Shown here piece after piece: positions 8,794 through 17,287 of a DNA stretch of 64,000 bases. The stretch's first letter is position 1. The number at the start of each line of letters is the position of its first letter. The notes under the pieces are model-generated. The model was given only the letters and a program-made list of their open reading frames with translations, did not search any database and was not told where the DNA came from. The position numbers and the translations under genes were made by a program. Source of the stretch: an uncultured Acidimicrobium sp. (GTDB lineage: Bacteria > Actinomycetota > Acidimicrobiia > Acidimicrobiales > Ilumatobacteraceae); the NCBI GenBank assembly GCA_964343495.1, contig CAYFJS010000001.1, positions 4,475 through 68,474 on the forward strand, read 5' to 3'.

Positions 8794-8907
8794 ACTTCTG
8801 CAGTCTCTCAGTCAGCAAGGTGGACAGCCCCCAACTCCGCCCGCTTCCATCTCGCCGATCCGGGGAGACATCCCGGCGGCAATCGCTGACTGAGGGGCTG
8901 CAGAAGT
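8794..8907 (+). promoter_or_regulatory. long-stem structured RNA element in the mraZ-rsmH spacer (possible mraW-motif-like leader or processing site)
   Basis: Bases 8794-8816 pair continuously with 8885-8907 (23 bp). Two pairs are U-G wobbles that work only in the + strand RNA. An inner hairpin spans 8854-8880 (GCCG-AT-CCGGG / GAGACAT / CCCGG-CGGC). Confidence 0.5.
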
Positions 8908-8954
8908 TCGACAGTCGACATCGGCACACACGCATCCAGCGCAGCGAAGTCACC

Positions 8955-9914
8955 ATGGCCTCGACCATCCAACCCACGTCCACCTACGGGCACGAGCCCG
9001 TGATGCTGCAGGAAATCGTCGACGTGTTCGCGACGGTTCCCGCGGGTCATGTGGTCGACGCGACGCTCGGCGGCTGTGGGCACGCAGTCGGAATCTTGCG
9101 AGCACATGCACACCTCAGCATCCTCGGAATCGACCAAGATGAAAATGCGATCGCACACGCTGAGGCGCTGCGCGAAGCGAATCCAGACGTGCGCCATCGA
9201 CTGTCGGTGTGCCGTGGTCGTTTCGACCGCTTCAGCGAAGTTCTCGAGGAGCAGGGAATCGCAGCGATCTCTGGTGCGCTCTTCGACCTCGGGGTTTCTT
9301 CCCCTCAATTCGATCGCGCGGAGCGTGGCTTTTCCTATCGCAACGACGGGCCACTTGACATGCGCATGGACTCATCGCAGTCGCTCAGTGCTCACGACGT
9401 CGTCAATGGCTACGACGTGGATCGACTCACCGACGTCATCAGGCGCTACTCGGACGAACGCTTCGCCCATCGCATCGCCAAGGCGATCATCGCCGCGCGA
9501 CCGATCGAGTCGACGGCGCGACTTGCCGAGGTCGTCGCCGATGCAATTCCTGCTCCAGCGCGCCGCACCGGCGGTCATCCCGCCAAGCGCACGTTCCAGG
9601 CGCTGCGCATCGAGGTGAACGCAGAGCTCGACGTACTACCGACCGCACTGCAGGCGGCGCTCGCCACGACCGTTCCGGGTGGGCGAGTGGCTGTCCTCAG
9701 TTATCACTCCGGTGAAGATCGCATCGTCAAGGAAGTCTTCGCAGACGCACAGCGAAGCGAGGGTGTCGTCGCCTCGCCCTTCGTGCACCCGGACTCGGTG
9801 CAGGGAAAGTTCCGCAAGGTGCGCGCGGCGCAAAAGCCGTCACGCGAGGAAATAGATCGAAACCCACGGGCGTCCTCGGCGCGTCTGCGGGTGATCGAGA
9901 AGGTGGGTTGCTGA
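8955..9914 (+). CDS. rsmH: 16S rRNA (cytosine1402-N4)-methyltransferase RsmH
   Basis: Track ORF 8820..9914 trimmed to ATG 8955 (MASTIQPTSTYGHEPVMLQEIV). Motifs are HEPVML, DATLGGCGHA, DLGVSSPQFD and SYHSGEDRIVK. Confidence 0.92.
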   Translation: MASTIQPTSTYGHEPVMLQEIVDVFATVPAGHVVDATLGGCGHAVGILRAHAHLSILGIDQDENAIAHAEALREANPDVRHRLSVCRGRFDRFSEVLEEQGIAAISGALFDLGVSSPQFDRAERGFSYRNDGPLDMRMDSSQSLSAHDVVNGYDVDRLTDVIRRYSDERFAHRIAKAIIAARPIESTARLAEVVADAIPAPARRTGGHPAKRTFQALRIEVNAELDVLPTALQAALATTVPGGRVAVLSYHSGEDRIVKEVFADAQRSEGVVASPFVHPDSVQGKFRKVRAAQKPSREEIDRNPRASSARLRVIEKVGC

Positions 9915-9915
9915 G

Positions 9916-10377
9916 ATGGCGTTAGCGGTTGACCAGCCAAGGATGCAGCGCTCTGCGCCACGCATTGGTCAGTCTGCACCCCCTGAACGCCATCTCGAAC
10001 TCATCGCCGGCGCAACGAAGCGTCGGCTCTCGTACTTCGCGGGAATCGTCATCGCCTTGTTCGTCACGGTCTCCTCGGTGATCGGCTTCCAGGCCTACAT
10101 CGCCCAGCAGCAGATGAAGATCGACAAGTTGTCGAGTGAGATTCGTCTGGCCCGGACCTATCACGACGAGCTTCGTCAGCAGCGAGCATCGCTCCTCGCT
10201 CCCGACACGCTGCGCGAACAGGCGCGCTCGCTCGGTATGGCACCGGGACTCGGCTCGCGTTTCGTGGAGATTCCCGAAGATGCCGTCGCATCAGTCGCCG
10301 CAGCGATCGGGAAGATGGACCCAGCGATCGCCAACCCGTCGCCGACCGCGTCGTCGAGTGAAAAGGTAGGTGGCTGA
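9916..10377 (+). CDS. ftsL: cell division protein FtsL-like (septum formation initiator)
   Basis: 153 aa at the conserved dcw position. It has a single TM helix (YFAGIVIALFVTVSSVIGFQAYI) followed by a coiled-coil segment (QQQMKIDKLSSEIRLARTYHDELRQQ). Confidence 0.7.
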   Translation: MALAVDQPRMQRSAPRIGQSAPPERHLELIAGATKRRLSYFAGIVIALFVTVSSVIGFQAYIAQQQMKIDKLSSEIRLARTYHDELRQQRASLLAPDTLREQARSLGMAPGLGSRFVEIPEDAVASVAAAIGKMDPAIANPSPTASSSEKVGG

Positions 10378-10380
10378 ACG

Positions 10381-12255
10381 ATGAGCACCGTCGTTCGTCC
10401 GCGTCGCGGCAAGCAACGCCCTCCCACGGCGGGCGAGATCCTCCGCGATCGTGCGCGACGCGCAACGGAGTCGATGACGACCAACCTGCAGGGTGGAAGC
10501 ATCCGCTACCGACTGTTCGGGACGTTCTTCGTCGTGGTCGTGATGCTCGGCGTGATGTTCGTCCGCGTCGCGTGGTTGCAGACCATTGGCTCGAGCGGCT
10601 ATCGCGAGGCGTCGATCGCGCAACGCACGAGAATCAACGTGATCGATGCAGAGCGCGGATCGATCCTTGACCGTAACGGTCGTGAGCTCGCGATCCCAGT
10701 GCCAACCAAGACGGTGTACGCCGACCCCGAGTTCGTGACCGATCCTGTAGGCGCAGCTCGGTCGCTCGCAGTTGCACTCGCCATGACGCCGGAGCAGGAG
10801 GTCGATCTCGCCGCCAAGCTGCAAGACAAGACGTCGAAGTACGTCGTGATCGCTCGCCAGGCCACGTTTGAAGTTGCTGATGCGCTCATGGCGCTCAAAC
10901 TGGACGGCATCTTCACGGAGTCCAAGGCCGGTAGGGCCTTGAGCAGCGAGTACCTGCGCGCGGTGATCGGTCGCACTGATCCCGATCTGAACGGCACGGC
11001 TGGTCTCGAATTGCAATACAACGAGTTGCTCGCCGGTGTCGACGGAAAGAGCATTCGCGAGGTCAACAGCAAGGGCAAGTCGATCGCCAACACCGACATC
11101 AACAGCGTTCCGGCAATCGCGGGCAGCAACCTGATCACCACGCTCGATCGAAACATCCAGTTCCAGGTCGATGGGCTGCTCGCGCAGCAGATCGAGCGAC
11201 TGAGCGCGCTCAGCGGGACGGCAATCGTGATGGACACCGCGACGGGGGACATCCTCGCGCTCTCGACGATTCGCCGAAACGAGGACGGCACGTACTCGGC
11301 TGACGCGGGTAACTTCGCCGCGGTCGAGGCCTACGAGCCTGGATCCGTTGCCAAGGTGTTCAGCATCGCTGCGGCACTCGACCAGCGCACCGTGGAGCCG
11401 ACGTCGGTGTTCAAGGTGACGCCGACTCTGACGTTCAACCCGGAGTCGACGAAGTGGCGATACACGATCAAGGACGCCTATCCGCACGGCATCGAGGACA
11501 TGACGGTGCGCAAGATCCTCGTCGATTCATCCAACATCGGCACAGTCCAAATTGCCCAGACGATGGCCCCAGAGACGATCTACAACTACCTCACGAGCTT
11601 CGGGTTCGGTTCCTCGAGCGGGGTCGGCTTCCCTGGTGAGGCGAAGGGACTGCTCACGTCGTACAAGAAGTGGCGAGGTAGCGAGAACTACACGGTCGCG
11701 TATGGCTACGGCTTCGCGGCCACTCAGTTACAGCTCGTCGCTGCCGTGAACGCAGTCGCCAACAACGGCGTGTACGTCACGCCGCGGCTCGTCTCGGCAA
11801 CCGTGTCTCCCGACGGAGTGCAGACGAACGTTGAACCAAGCGAGTCGCGCCAGGTGTTGAAGCCGGAGACGTCGGCGATGATGCGCACCTTGATGAGCGA
11901 CGTCGTCTGCTTCGGCACTGCCAAGTTGGCGCAGGTCCCCGGCATGACTGTCGCGGGTAAGACCGGCACCGCGTATCGCACGCAGGCGAGTGGCGGATAC
12001 GAGACCGCGACAGGCGGTCGCGAGTACCGGGCATCCTTCGTCGGCTTCCTTCCCGCGTACGAGCCGCGCTACACCGTCCTCGTCTCCGTCGAAGATCCGG
12101 ACCCCTCGTCGCGTGATCGCTTCGGCGGAACCGCTGCGGCTCCGGTGTTCGCCAACATCGCTCAAGCGCTCATCGCCGAATACGACGTGCGACCTGCGGC
12201 CACCGACATGGGGTGTCCGAAGCATCGACCGGCAGAACTCGGACCGGAACACTGA
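10381..12255 (+). CDS. ftsI: penicillin-binding protein (FtsI-type class B transpeptidase)
   Basis: 624 aa with an N-terminal TM helix and a PBP dimerisation region. Transpeptidase motifs are present (SVAKVF = SxxK, and KTGTA). Confidence 0.9.
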   Translation: MSTVVRPRRGKQRPPTAGEILRDRARRATESMTTNLQGGSIRYRLFGTFFVVVVMLGVMFVRVAWLQTIGSSGYREASIAQRTRINVIDAERGSILDRNGRELAIPVPTKTVYADPEFVTDPVGAARSLAVALAMTPEQEVDLAAKLQDKTSKYVVIARQATFEVADALMALKLDGIFTESKAGRALSSEYLRAVIGRTDPDLNGTAGLELQYNELLAGVDGKSIREVNSKGKSIANTDINSVPAIAGSNLITTLDRNIQFQVDGLLAQQIERLSALSGTAIVMDTATGDILALSTIRRNEDGTYSADAGNFAAVEAYEPGSVAKVFSIAAALDQRTVEPTSVFKVTPTLTFNPESTKWRYTIKDAYPHGIEDMTVRKILVDSSNIGTVQIAQTMAPETIYNYLTSFGFGSSSGVGFPGEAKGLLTSYKKWRGSENYTVAYGYGFAATQLQLVAAVNAVANNGVYVTPRLVSATVSPDGVQTNVEPSESRQVLKPETSAMMRTLMSDVVCFGTAKLAQVPGMTVAGKTGTAYRTQASGGYETATGGREYRASFVGFLPAYEPRYTVLVSVEDPDPSSRDRFGGTAAAPVFANIAQALIAEYDVRPAATDMGCPKHRPAELGPEH

Positions 12256-13676
12256 TGGTCGCGAATCCTTCGCCGATTCGTCTCGAGGCGCTCGCCGCGA
12301 GGATCGCCGGTGGGCGCGTCGTGGGTGACGGTTCGGTCGCCGTCACCGGGGTGAGCAACGACTCTCGCTCGGTGCGCGCCGGGAGCATCTTCTGCTGCGT
12401 CATCGGAGCACGAGTGGACGGTCACACCTACGCCAAGGACGCAGTCGCTCGGGGCGCAGTCGCACTCGTCGTGGAGCGCCAGCTCGACCTCGACGTACCA
12501 CAGATCGTCGTCGTCAACTCGCGAGTTGCGATGGGGGTCGTCGCCAACGCGGTATTCGGAAATCCGAGTGAGAAGATGCGCGTCGTCGGCGTGACCGGAA
12601 CGAACGGCAAGACCACGACCGCACACCTCACCGCGGCGATCCTTCGCCACCACGGCTGGAAGACCGACGTTTACGGAACCCTGAGTGGCGCACGCACCAC
12701 GCCCGAGGCACCGGTGTTGCAGGAGCAGTTCGCACAGTCCGTGGCGACCGGCTGTGGCGCTGTGGTCATGGAGGTGAGCTCGCACGCGCTCGCGTTGGAC
12801 CGCGTCGTCGGAACGCACTTCGCCGTCGGAGTATTCACCAACCTCGGTCGTGACCATCTCGATTTCCACGGAACCGAGGAGCAGTACTTCGCGGCGAAAG
12901 CAAAGCTGTTCACGCCCGACCTCTGTGAGCGTGGCGTCGTCAACCGTGACGACGTGCACGGAAAGTTGCTCCTCGACACCGCGCCGATCCCGATGACGTC
13001 GTACGGCATGGCCGACGTTTCTGATCCCGTCATTGCGATCGATCGTCACTCCTACACCTGGAACGGGCGTCGAATCTCGGTGCCACTCGGTGGTCGGGTC
13101 AACATGATGAATTCGCTTGCGGCCGCGAGTGCGGCGGTGAGCCTCGGAGTCGACGACGCTGCCATCGTCGAGGGGCTTTCCGCCGCGCACGCGGTTCCCG
13201 GTCGATATCAGTCGGTGGACAACAGTCGCGGTATTTCGATCGTCGTGGACTACGCCCACACTCCCGAAGCGATCGCCGGATTGCTCGAAGGGGTGCGTGA
13301 AGTCCTCCCGGTTGGCGCCCGAGTCATCGTCGTGTTCGGATGCGGTGGCGATCGCGATCGGGACAAGCGCCCGCTCATGGGGCGCAGTGCACGCCACGGA
13401 GCGGACATCGTCGTCGTCACGTCCGACAATCCGCGGTCCGAGTCACCACAGTCGATCATCGACGGAATCGTGGCGGGCATCGGCTCGAACCTCGAGGATG
13501 TCCATCCCATCGTCGAGCGACGAGAGGCGATCGAGTTCGCCATCCGGCATGCCAAGCCGGGTGATGCGGTCGTCATCGCCGGCAAGGGGCATGAGTCGAC
13601 CCAGACCATCGGGGATACCGTCGTCGACTTCGATGACGTGTTGGTGGCACGCGAGATCGCCGGAGGTGCTGCATGA
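12255..13676 (+). CDS. murE: UDP-N-acetylmuramoyl-L-alanyl-D-glutamate--2,6-diaminopimelate ligase
   Basis: Track ORF trimmed to ATG 12255, which overlaps the ftsI TGA (ATGA). It has the Mur ligase P-loop VTGTNGKTTT and the DNPR motif (VTSDNPRSE) typical of the meso-DAP-adding MurE. Confidence 0.9.
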   Translation: MVANPSPIRLEALAARIAGGRVVGDGSVAVTGVSNDSRSVRAGSIFCCVIGARVDGHTYAKDAVARGAVALVVERQLDLDVPQIVVVNSRVAMGVVANAVFGNPSEKMRVVGVTGTNGKTTTAHLTAAILRHHGWKTDVYGTLSGARTTPEAPVLQEQFAQSVATGCGAVVMEVSSHALALDRVVGTHFAVGVFTNLGRDHLDFHGTEEQYFAAKAKLFTPDLCERGVVNRDDVHGKLLLDTAPIPMTSYGMADVSDPVIAIDRHSYTWNGRRISVPLGGRVNMMNSLAAASAAVSLGVDDAAIVEGLSAAHAVPGRYQSVDNSRGISIVVDYAHTPEAIAGLLEGVREVLPVGARVIVVFGCGGDRDRDKRPLMGRSARHGADIVVVTSDNPRSESPQSIIDGIVAGIGSNLEDVHPIVERREAIEFAIRHAKPGDAVVIAGKGHESTQTIGDTVVDFDDVLVAREIAGGAA

Positions 13677-14722
13677 TTTCCATCCTCATCGCAGGGGCTG
13701 TTGCGATGTTCTTGTCGCTCGCAGGGACTCGCTTCCTCATGTCGTACTTTCGTCGTCTCGGCAAGGGCCAACCGATTCTCGGCGCCGAGGACCACGGCCC
13801 GGTGCACCAGATGGGCAAGCAGGGAACTCCGACGATGGGCGGAATTGCAATCCTCGTCTCTGGTGTCATTGGCTGGACGGTCGCACACCTGCGCGACGGC
13901 CTTCCGTTCTCCGACCAGGCCGCGATCATTTGGCTGGCGGTCTTCGTCCTTGGCTTCATCGGATTCCTCGACGATTTCCTCAAGGTGCGTCGCCAACACA
14001 ACCGTGGCATCTTCTGGAAGAAGAAGGGCTGGATCACCTTCGGCATCACGATCGGTTTGACGTTGATCCTCGCCTCGTCGACGGGAGTGGTCGAGACGAT
14101 CTCATTCACCCGTGCGGTGAGTCCAGGCTGGGACATCTCCGGACCGTTCTTCGTCGTGTGGACGGCGCTCATGGTCTGGAGCACGACGAACGCCGTGAAC
14201 GTCACTGATGGTCTCGACGGGTTGGCGGCGGGTTCTGCACTCTTCGGATTCCTCGCCTTCACGGTGATCGCCTATTGGGCATTCCGCAATCCGCGCATCT
14301 ACGACGTCGTCAACCCGCTCGACCTCGCGGTGTTGTCCGCTGCGATGGCGGGAGCGTGCGCTGGATTCCTGTGGTGGAACGCGGCACCTGCTCGCATCTT
14401 CATGGGTGACGTCGGCGCGCTCGGCATCGGCGCGGCCCTCGGCATGCTCGCGGTCACGACCAACACGCACCTCATGCTCCCGATCATCTGCGGAATCAAC
14501 GTGATCGAGGCGGGCTCGGTGGCGATCCAGATGGGCGTGTTCAAGGCTTCGGGGCGCAAGAAGCGACTCTTCAAGATGTCGCCGATTCACCACCACTTCG
14601 AATTGAGCGGTTGGCCGGAGACCACCGTCATCATCCGCTTCTGGATCATCTCTGGCATCTGTGTCGCCACTGCCGTTGCCATCTTCATCGCGGACTTCAC
14701 TCAGCAGGCTCGACTCCGATGA
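13673..14722 (+). CDS. mraY: phospho-N-acetylmuramoyl-pentapeptide transferase
   Basis: 349 aa polytopic membrane protein. Motifs are GTPTMGGI, NAVNVTDGLDGLA and SPIHHHFEL. Its ATG overlaps the murE stop. Confidence 0.93.
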   Translation: MISILIAGAVAMFLSLAGTRFLMSYFRRLGKGQPILGAEDHGPVHQMGKQGTPTMGGIAILVSGVIGWTVAHLRDGLPFSDQAAIIWLAVFVLGFIGFLDDFLKVRRQHNRGIFWKKKGWITFGITIGLTLILASSTGVVETISFTRAVSPGWDISGPFFVVWTALMVWSTTNAVNVTDGLDGLAAGSALFGFLAFTVIAYWAFRNPRIYDVVNPLDLAVLSAAMAGACAGFLWWNAAPARIFMGDVGALGIGAALGMLAVTTNTHLMLPIICGINVIEAGSVAIQMGVFKASGRKKRLFKMSPIHHHFELSGWPETTVIIRFWIISGICVATAVAIFIADFTQQARLR

Positions 14723-16047
14723 CCTCGGGCGCGACGCTCGTGTGGGGACTCGGTGTCGCCGGGCGAGCGGTCGCCGAAGTCCTGCGCCATCGCGGGCAGG
14801 ACGTCATCGTCGGCGACGACGAACTGACGAATGACCACCGACGATTCGCCCGCGAACTCGGCGTGCCGGTCGTGGAAACCGCGACCGAGTCGGACGTTGT
14901 ATCCCTGGTTGCTGGTGTTGGTCGTCTCGCGCCCGCGCCCGGAGTTCCAGAGGGACACCGCGTCATCGAGGCCGCACGACGTGCCGGCAAACCGATCGTC
15001 TCGGAGCTCGAGCTCGCGTACGGGTTTGAAGTCGAGTCTGGGCGCCATCGACCGATGCTCGGAATCACCGGCACTGACGGCAAGACGACAACGACGCTCA
15101 TGACCAACTCCATCCTGGAGAGCGCGGGCAGAATGCCGATGGCGGTCGGCAACACCGATCTTCCATTGATTGCCGCACTCGGGACGACGGCCGATTGCTT
15201 CGCGGTCGAGTGTTCGAGCTTTCGTCTCGCTTTCACCGACCGATTCCGTTGCAAGGCCTCGGCGTGGTTGAACGTCGCGCCCGACCATCTCGATTGGCAC
15301 ACGAACTACGACTCGTACTTCGCCGCCAAGGCGAAGTTGTGGGCTCACGTCTCTGCCGGTGACGTTGCCGTCGCTCCGGTCGACGATGACGACATTTACC
15401 AGGTTGCTCGCGAGAGCAATGCCCGAGTCGTGACGTTCGGCGCCGATCGTGGCGACTACCACGCAATCAACGGCGTCCTCAGCACCCCGCACGGAACGAT
15501 CATGGATGTTGCCCAAATGCGCAGGTCGCTCCCGCACGATGTGACGAACGCTTTGGCCGCCGCGGCATTGTGCATCGAGAGCGGTCTCGCTGATCCCGCC
15601 CACGTCGCAGAGGCATTGTCGACGTTCGAGCACGCTGCGCATCGAATCGAGTTCGTTCGCGAACTCGACGGCGTTCGCTGGTACAACGACTCGAAGGCGA
15701 CCTCACCACATGCCGCTTCGGTGGCGATCCGGTCTTTCGACTCGATCGTGTTGATCGCCGGGGGGAAGAACAAGGATCTCGACTTGACGGAGATGGCTGC
15801 CGACCGCGACCACGTTCGGGCAGTCGTCGCGACCGGGGCATCTGCGGATGCGATCTCGGCGGCGTTCGCAGGGCATTGCGAAGTGCGCAAGGCCTCCTCG
15901 ATGCAGCAGGCGATCGAGAGCGCTCGTGATCTTGCTCGATCGGGAGACGTGGTGCTCCTGTCGCCGGGCTGCACGAGTTACGACTGGTATTCCAACTACG
16001 CAGAACGAGGCGACGACTTTCGCACGCGTGTTCTGGAACTCAAGTAA
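14719..16047 (+). CDS. murD: UDP-N-acetylmuramoylalanine--D-glutamate ligase
   Basis: Track ORF 14611..16047 trimmed to ATG 14719, which overlaps the mraY TGA. It has the N-terminal VWGLGVAGRAV Rossmann-like segment and the P-loop ITGTDGKTTTT. Confidence 0.9.
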   Translation: MTSGATLVWGLGVAGRAVAEVLRHRGQDVIVGDDELTNDHRRFARELGVPVVETATESDVVSLVAGVGRLAPAPGVPEGHRVIEAARRAGKPIVSELELAYGFEVESGRHRPMLGITGTDGKTTTTLMTNSILESAGRMPMAVGNTDLPLIAALGTTADCFAVECSSFRLAFTDRFRCKASAWLNVAPDHLDWHTNYDSYFAAKAKLWAHVSAGDVAVAPVDDDDIYQVARESNARVVTFGADRGDYHAINGVLSTPHGTIMDVAQMRRSLPHDVTNALAAAALCIESGLADPAHVAEALSTFEHAAHRIEFVRELDGVRWYNDSKATSPHAASVAIRSFDSIVLIAGGKNKDLDLTEMAADRDHVRAVVATGASADAISAAFAGHCEVRKASSMQQAIESARDLARSGDVVLLSPGCTSYDWYSNYAERGDDFRTRVLELK

Positions 16048-16062
16048 TCGAAGGGATCAACT

Positions 16063-17283
16063 ATGGCAACCATCGCACACGGCACGAAGGCACCTCGTCG
16101 GTCAGGGGAGTCGGCGAACCTGACCCCGGCACAGCGCCGTCGCGCGATGCTCAATCGCAAGGGGTATGGCGAGAAGCGTCGTCTTGCGACTGCTGCGCCA
16201 ACCAAGGTGTTCTACGGAGTGATGCTGTGCATCACGTTGCTCATCTCGTTCGGCCTGATGATGGTGCTGTCTTCGAGTTCGATCGTGGCGATCACGAGCG
16301 GCGGTGATCCGTGGAACATGTTCAAGCGCCAGTTCCTGTGGGCAATCTTCGGGCTCTTCGCGCTGCTTGCGATGTACCGCATGCCGTATCACCACTGGCA
16401 CCGCTACGCGAAGCCATTTCTCATCGTGTCGTTCATCATGATGGGCCTGCCCTTGGTGCCGGGGATCGGCGTGACGACGAACGGTGCGCGTGCGTGGGCG
16501 GCCTTCGGTGCCGTGCGATTCCAGCCGTCAGAGGTGCTCAAGGTGGCGGTGTTGATTTACTGCGCGAGTCTCCTCGCGCGTCGACGTGCCGAAGTGGTCG
16601 ACCCTGTTCGAACGTTCAGGCCGGTGATCTTGGTATGGCTCGGTGCCGTCATCAGCTGTCTTGCACAGGGTGACTTCGGCGCTGCGGTGGTGTTCACCTG
16701 CATCGTGTTCGCGACGCTGTTCATTGCCGGCACGCCGATCCGTTGGCTGACCTTCGTGTTGTCGATCTCCTTTGCCGGCGCAGTTGGAATGATCCTGTCG
16801 AGCTCGCGCATGCAGAACCGCATGACGGCATTCATGCACCTCGAGGAGAACAAGGGGCACTACGCATATCAGGTGTGGCAATCGATCCTCAGCATCGCCA
16901 ACGGGGGGATCATGGGGACGGGCGCCGGTCAGGGAACCGGCAAGTGGGGCTACGTCCCCCTCGCACACAGCGACTTCATCTTCGCGATCATCGCCGAGGA
17001 GTTCGGCATCCTCGGGTCGGTGCTCGTCATCGGACTCTTTGCCGCGCTGTGTTACTTCGGTCTGCAAGCGGCGGTTCGCTCGCGTGACGCCTTCGGCGCA
17101 ATCCTTGCTGGAGGAACGACGGCATGGTTGAGTGCGCAGGCGTGCATCAACATCGGCGGAGTGGTGGGCGTACTGCCCGTCACCGGTTTGACCCTTCCGT
17201 TCATCTCCTACGGCGGTTCGTCTCTGTTCATGGCGATGGCGGCGTCGGGGCTTCTGTTGAACGTTGCGCGTAACATGAAGTGA
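16063..17283 (+). CDS. ftsW: SEDS-family peptidoglycan glycosyltransferase FtsW
   Basis: 406 aa with about 10 TM helices. SEDS segments include FQPSEVLKVA, SDFIFAIIAEEFG and LPFISYGGSS. Confidence 0.9.
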   Translation: MATIAHGTKAPRRSGESANLTPAQRRRAMLNRKGYGEKRRLATAAPTKVFYGVMLCITLLISFGLMMVLSSSSIVAITSGGDPWNMFKRQFLWAIFGLFALLAMYRMPYHHWHRYAKPFLIVSFIMMGLPLVPGIGVTTNGARAWAAFGAVRFQPSEVLKVAVLIYCASLLARRRAEVVDPVRTFRPVILVWLGAVISCLAQGDFGAAVVFTCIVFATLFIAGTPIRWLTFVLSISFAGAVGMILSSSRMQNRMTAFMHLEENKGHYAYQVWQSILSIANGGIMGTGAGQGTGKWGYVPLAHSDFIFAIIAEEFGILGSVLVIGLFAALCYFGLQAAVRSRDAFGAILAGGTTAWLSAQACINIGGVVGVLPVTGLTLPFISYGGSSLFMAMAASGLLLNVARNMK

Positions 17284-17287
17284 GCGC

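Noticed and set aside
13660-13690. A possible degraded or hidden murF at the murE-mraY junction, or fused to murE.
   Set aside because: The murE stop and mraY start overlap (ATGA). MurE has the normal length and a single set of Mur-ligase domains. No alternative-frame ORF in the region shows Mur-ligase motifs.
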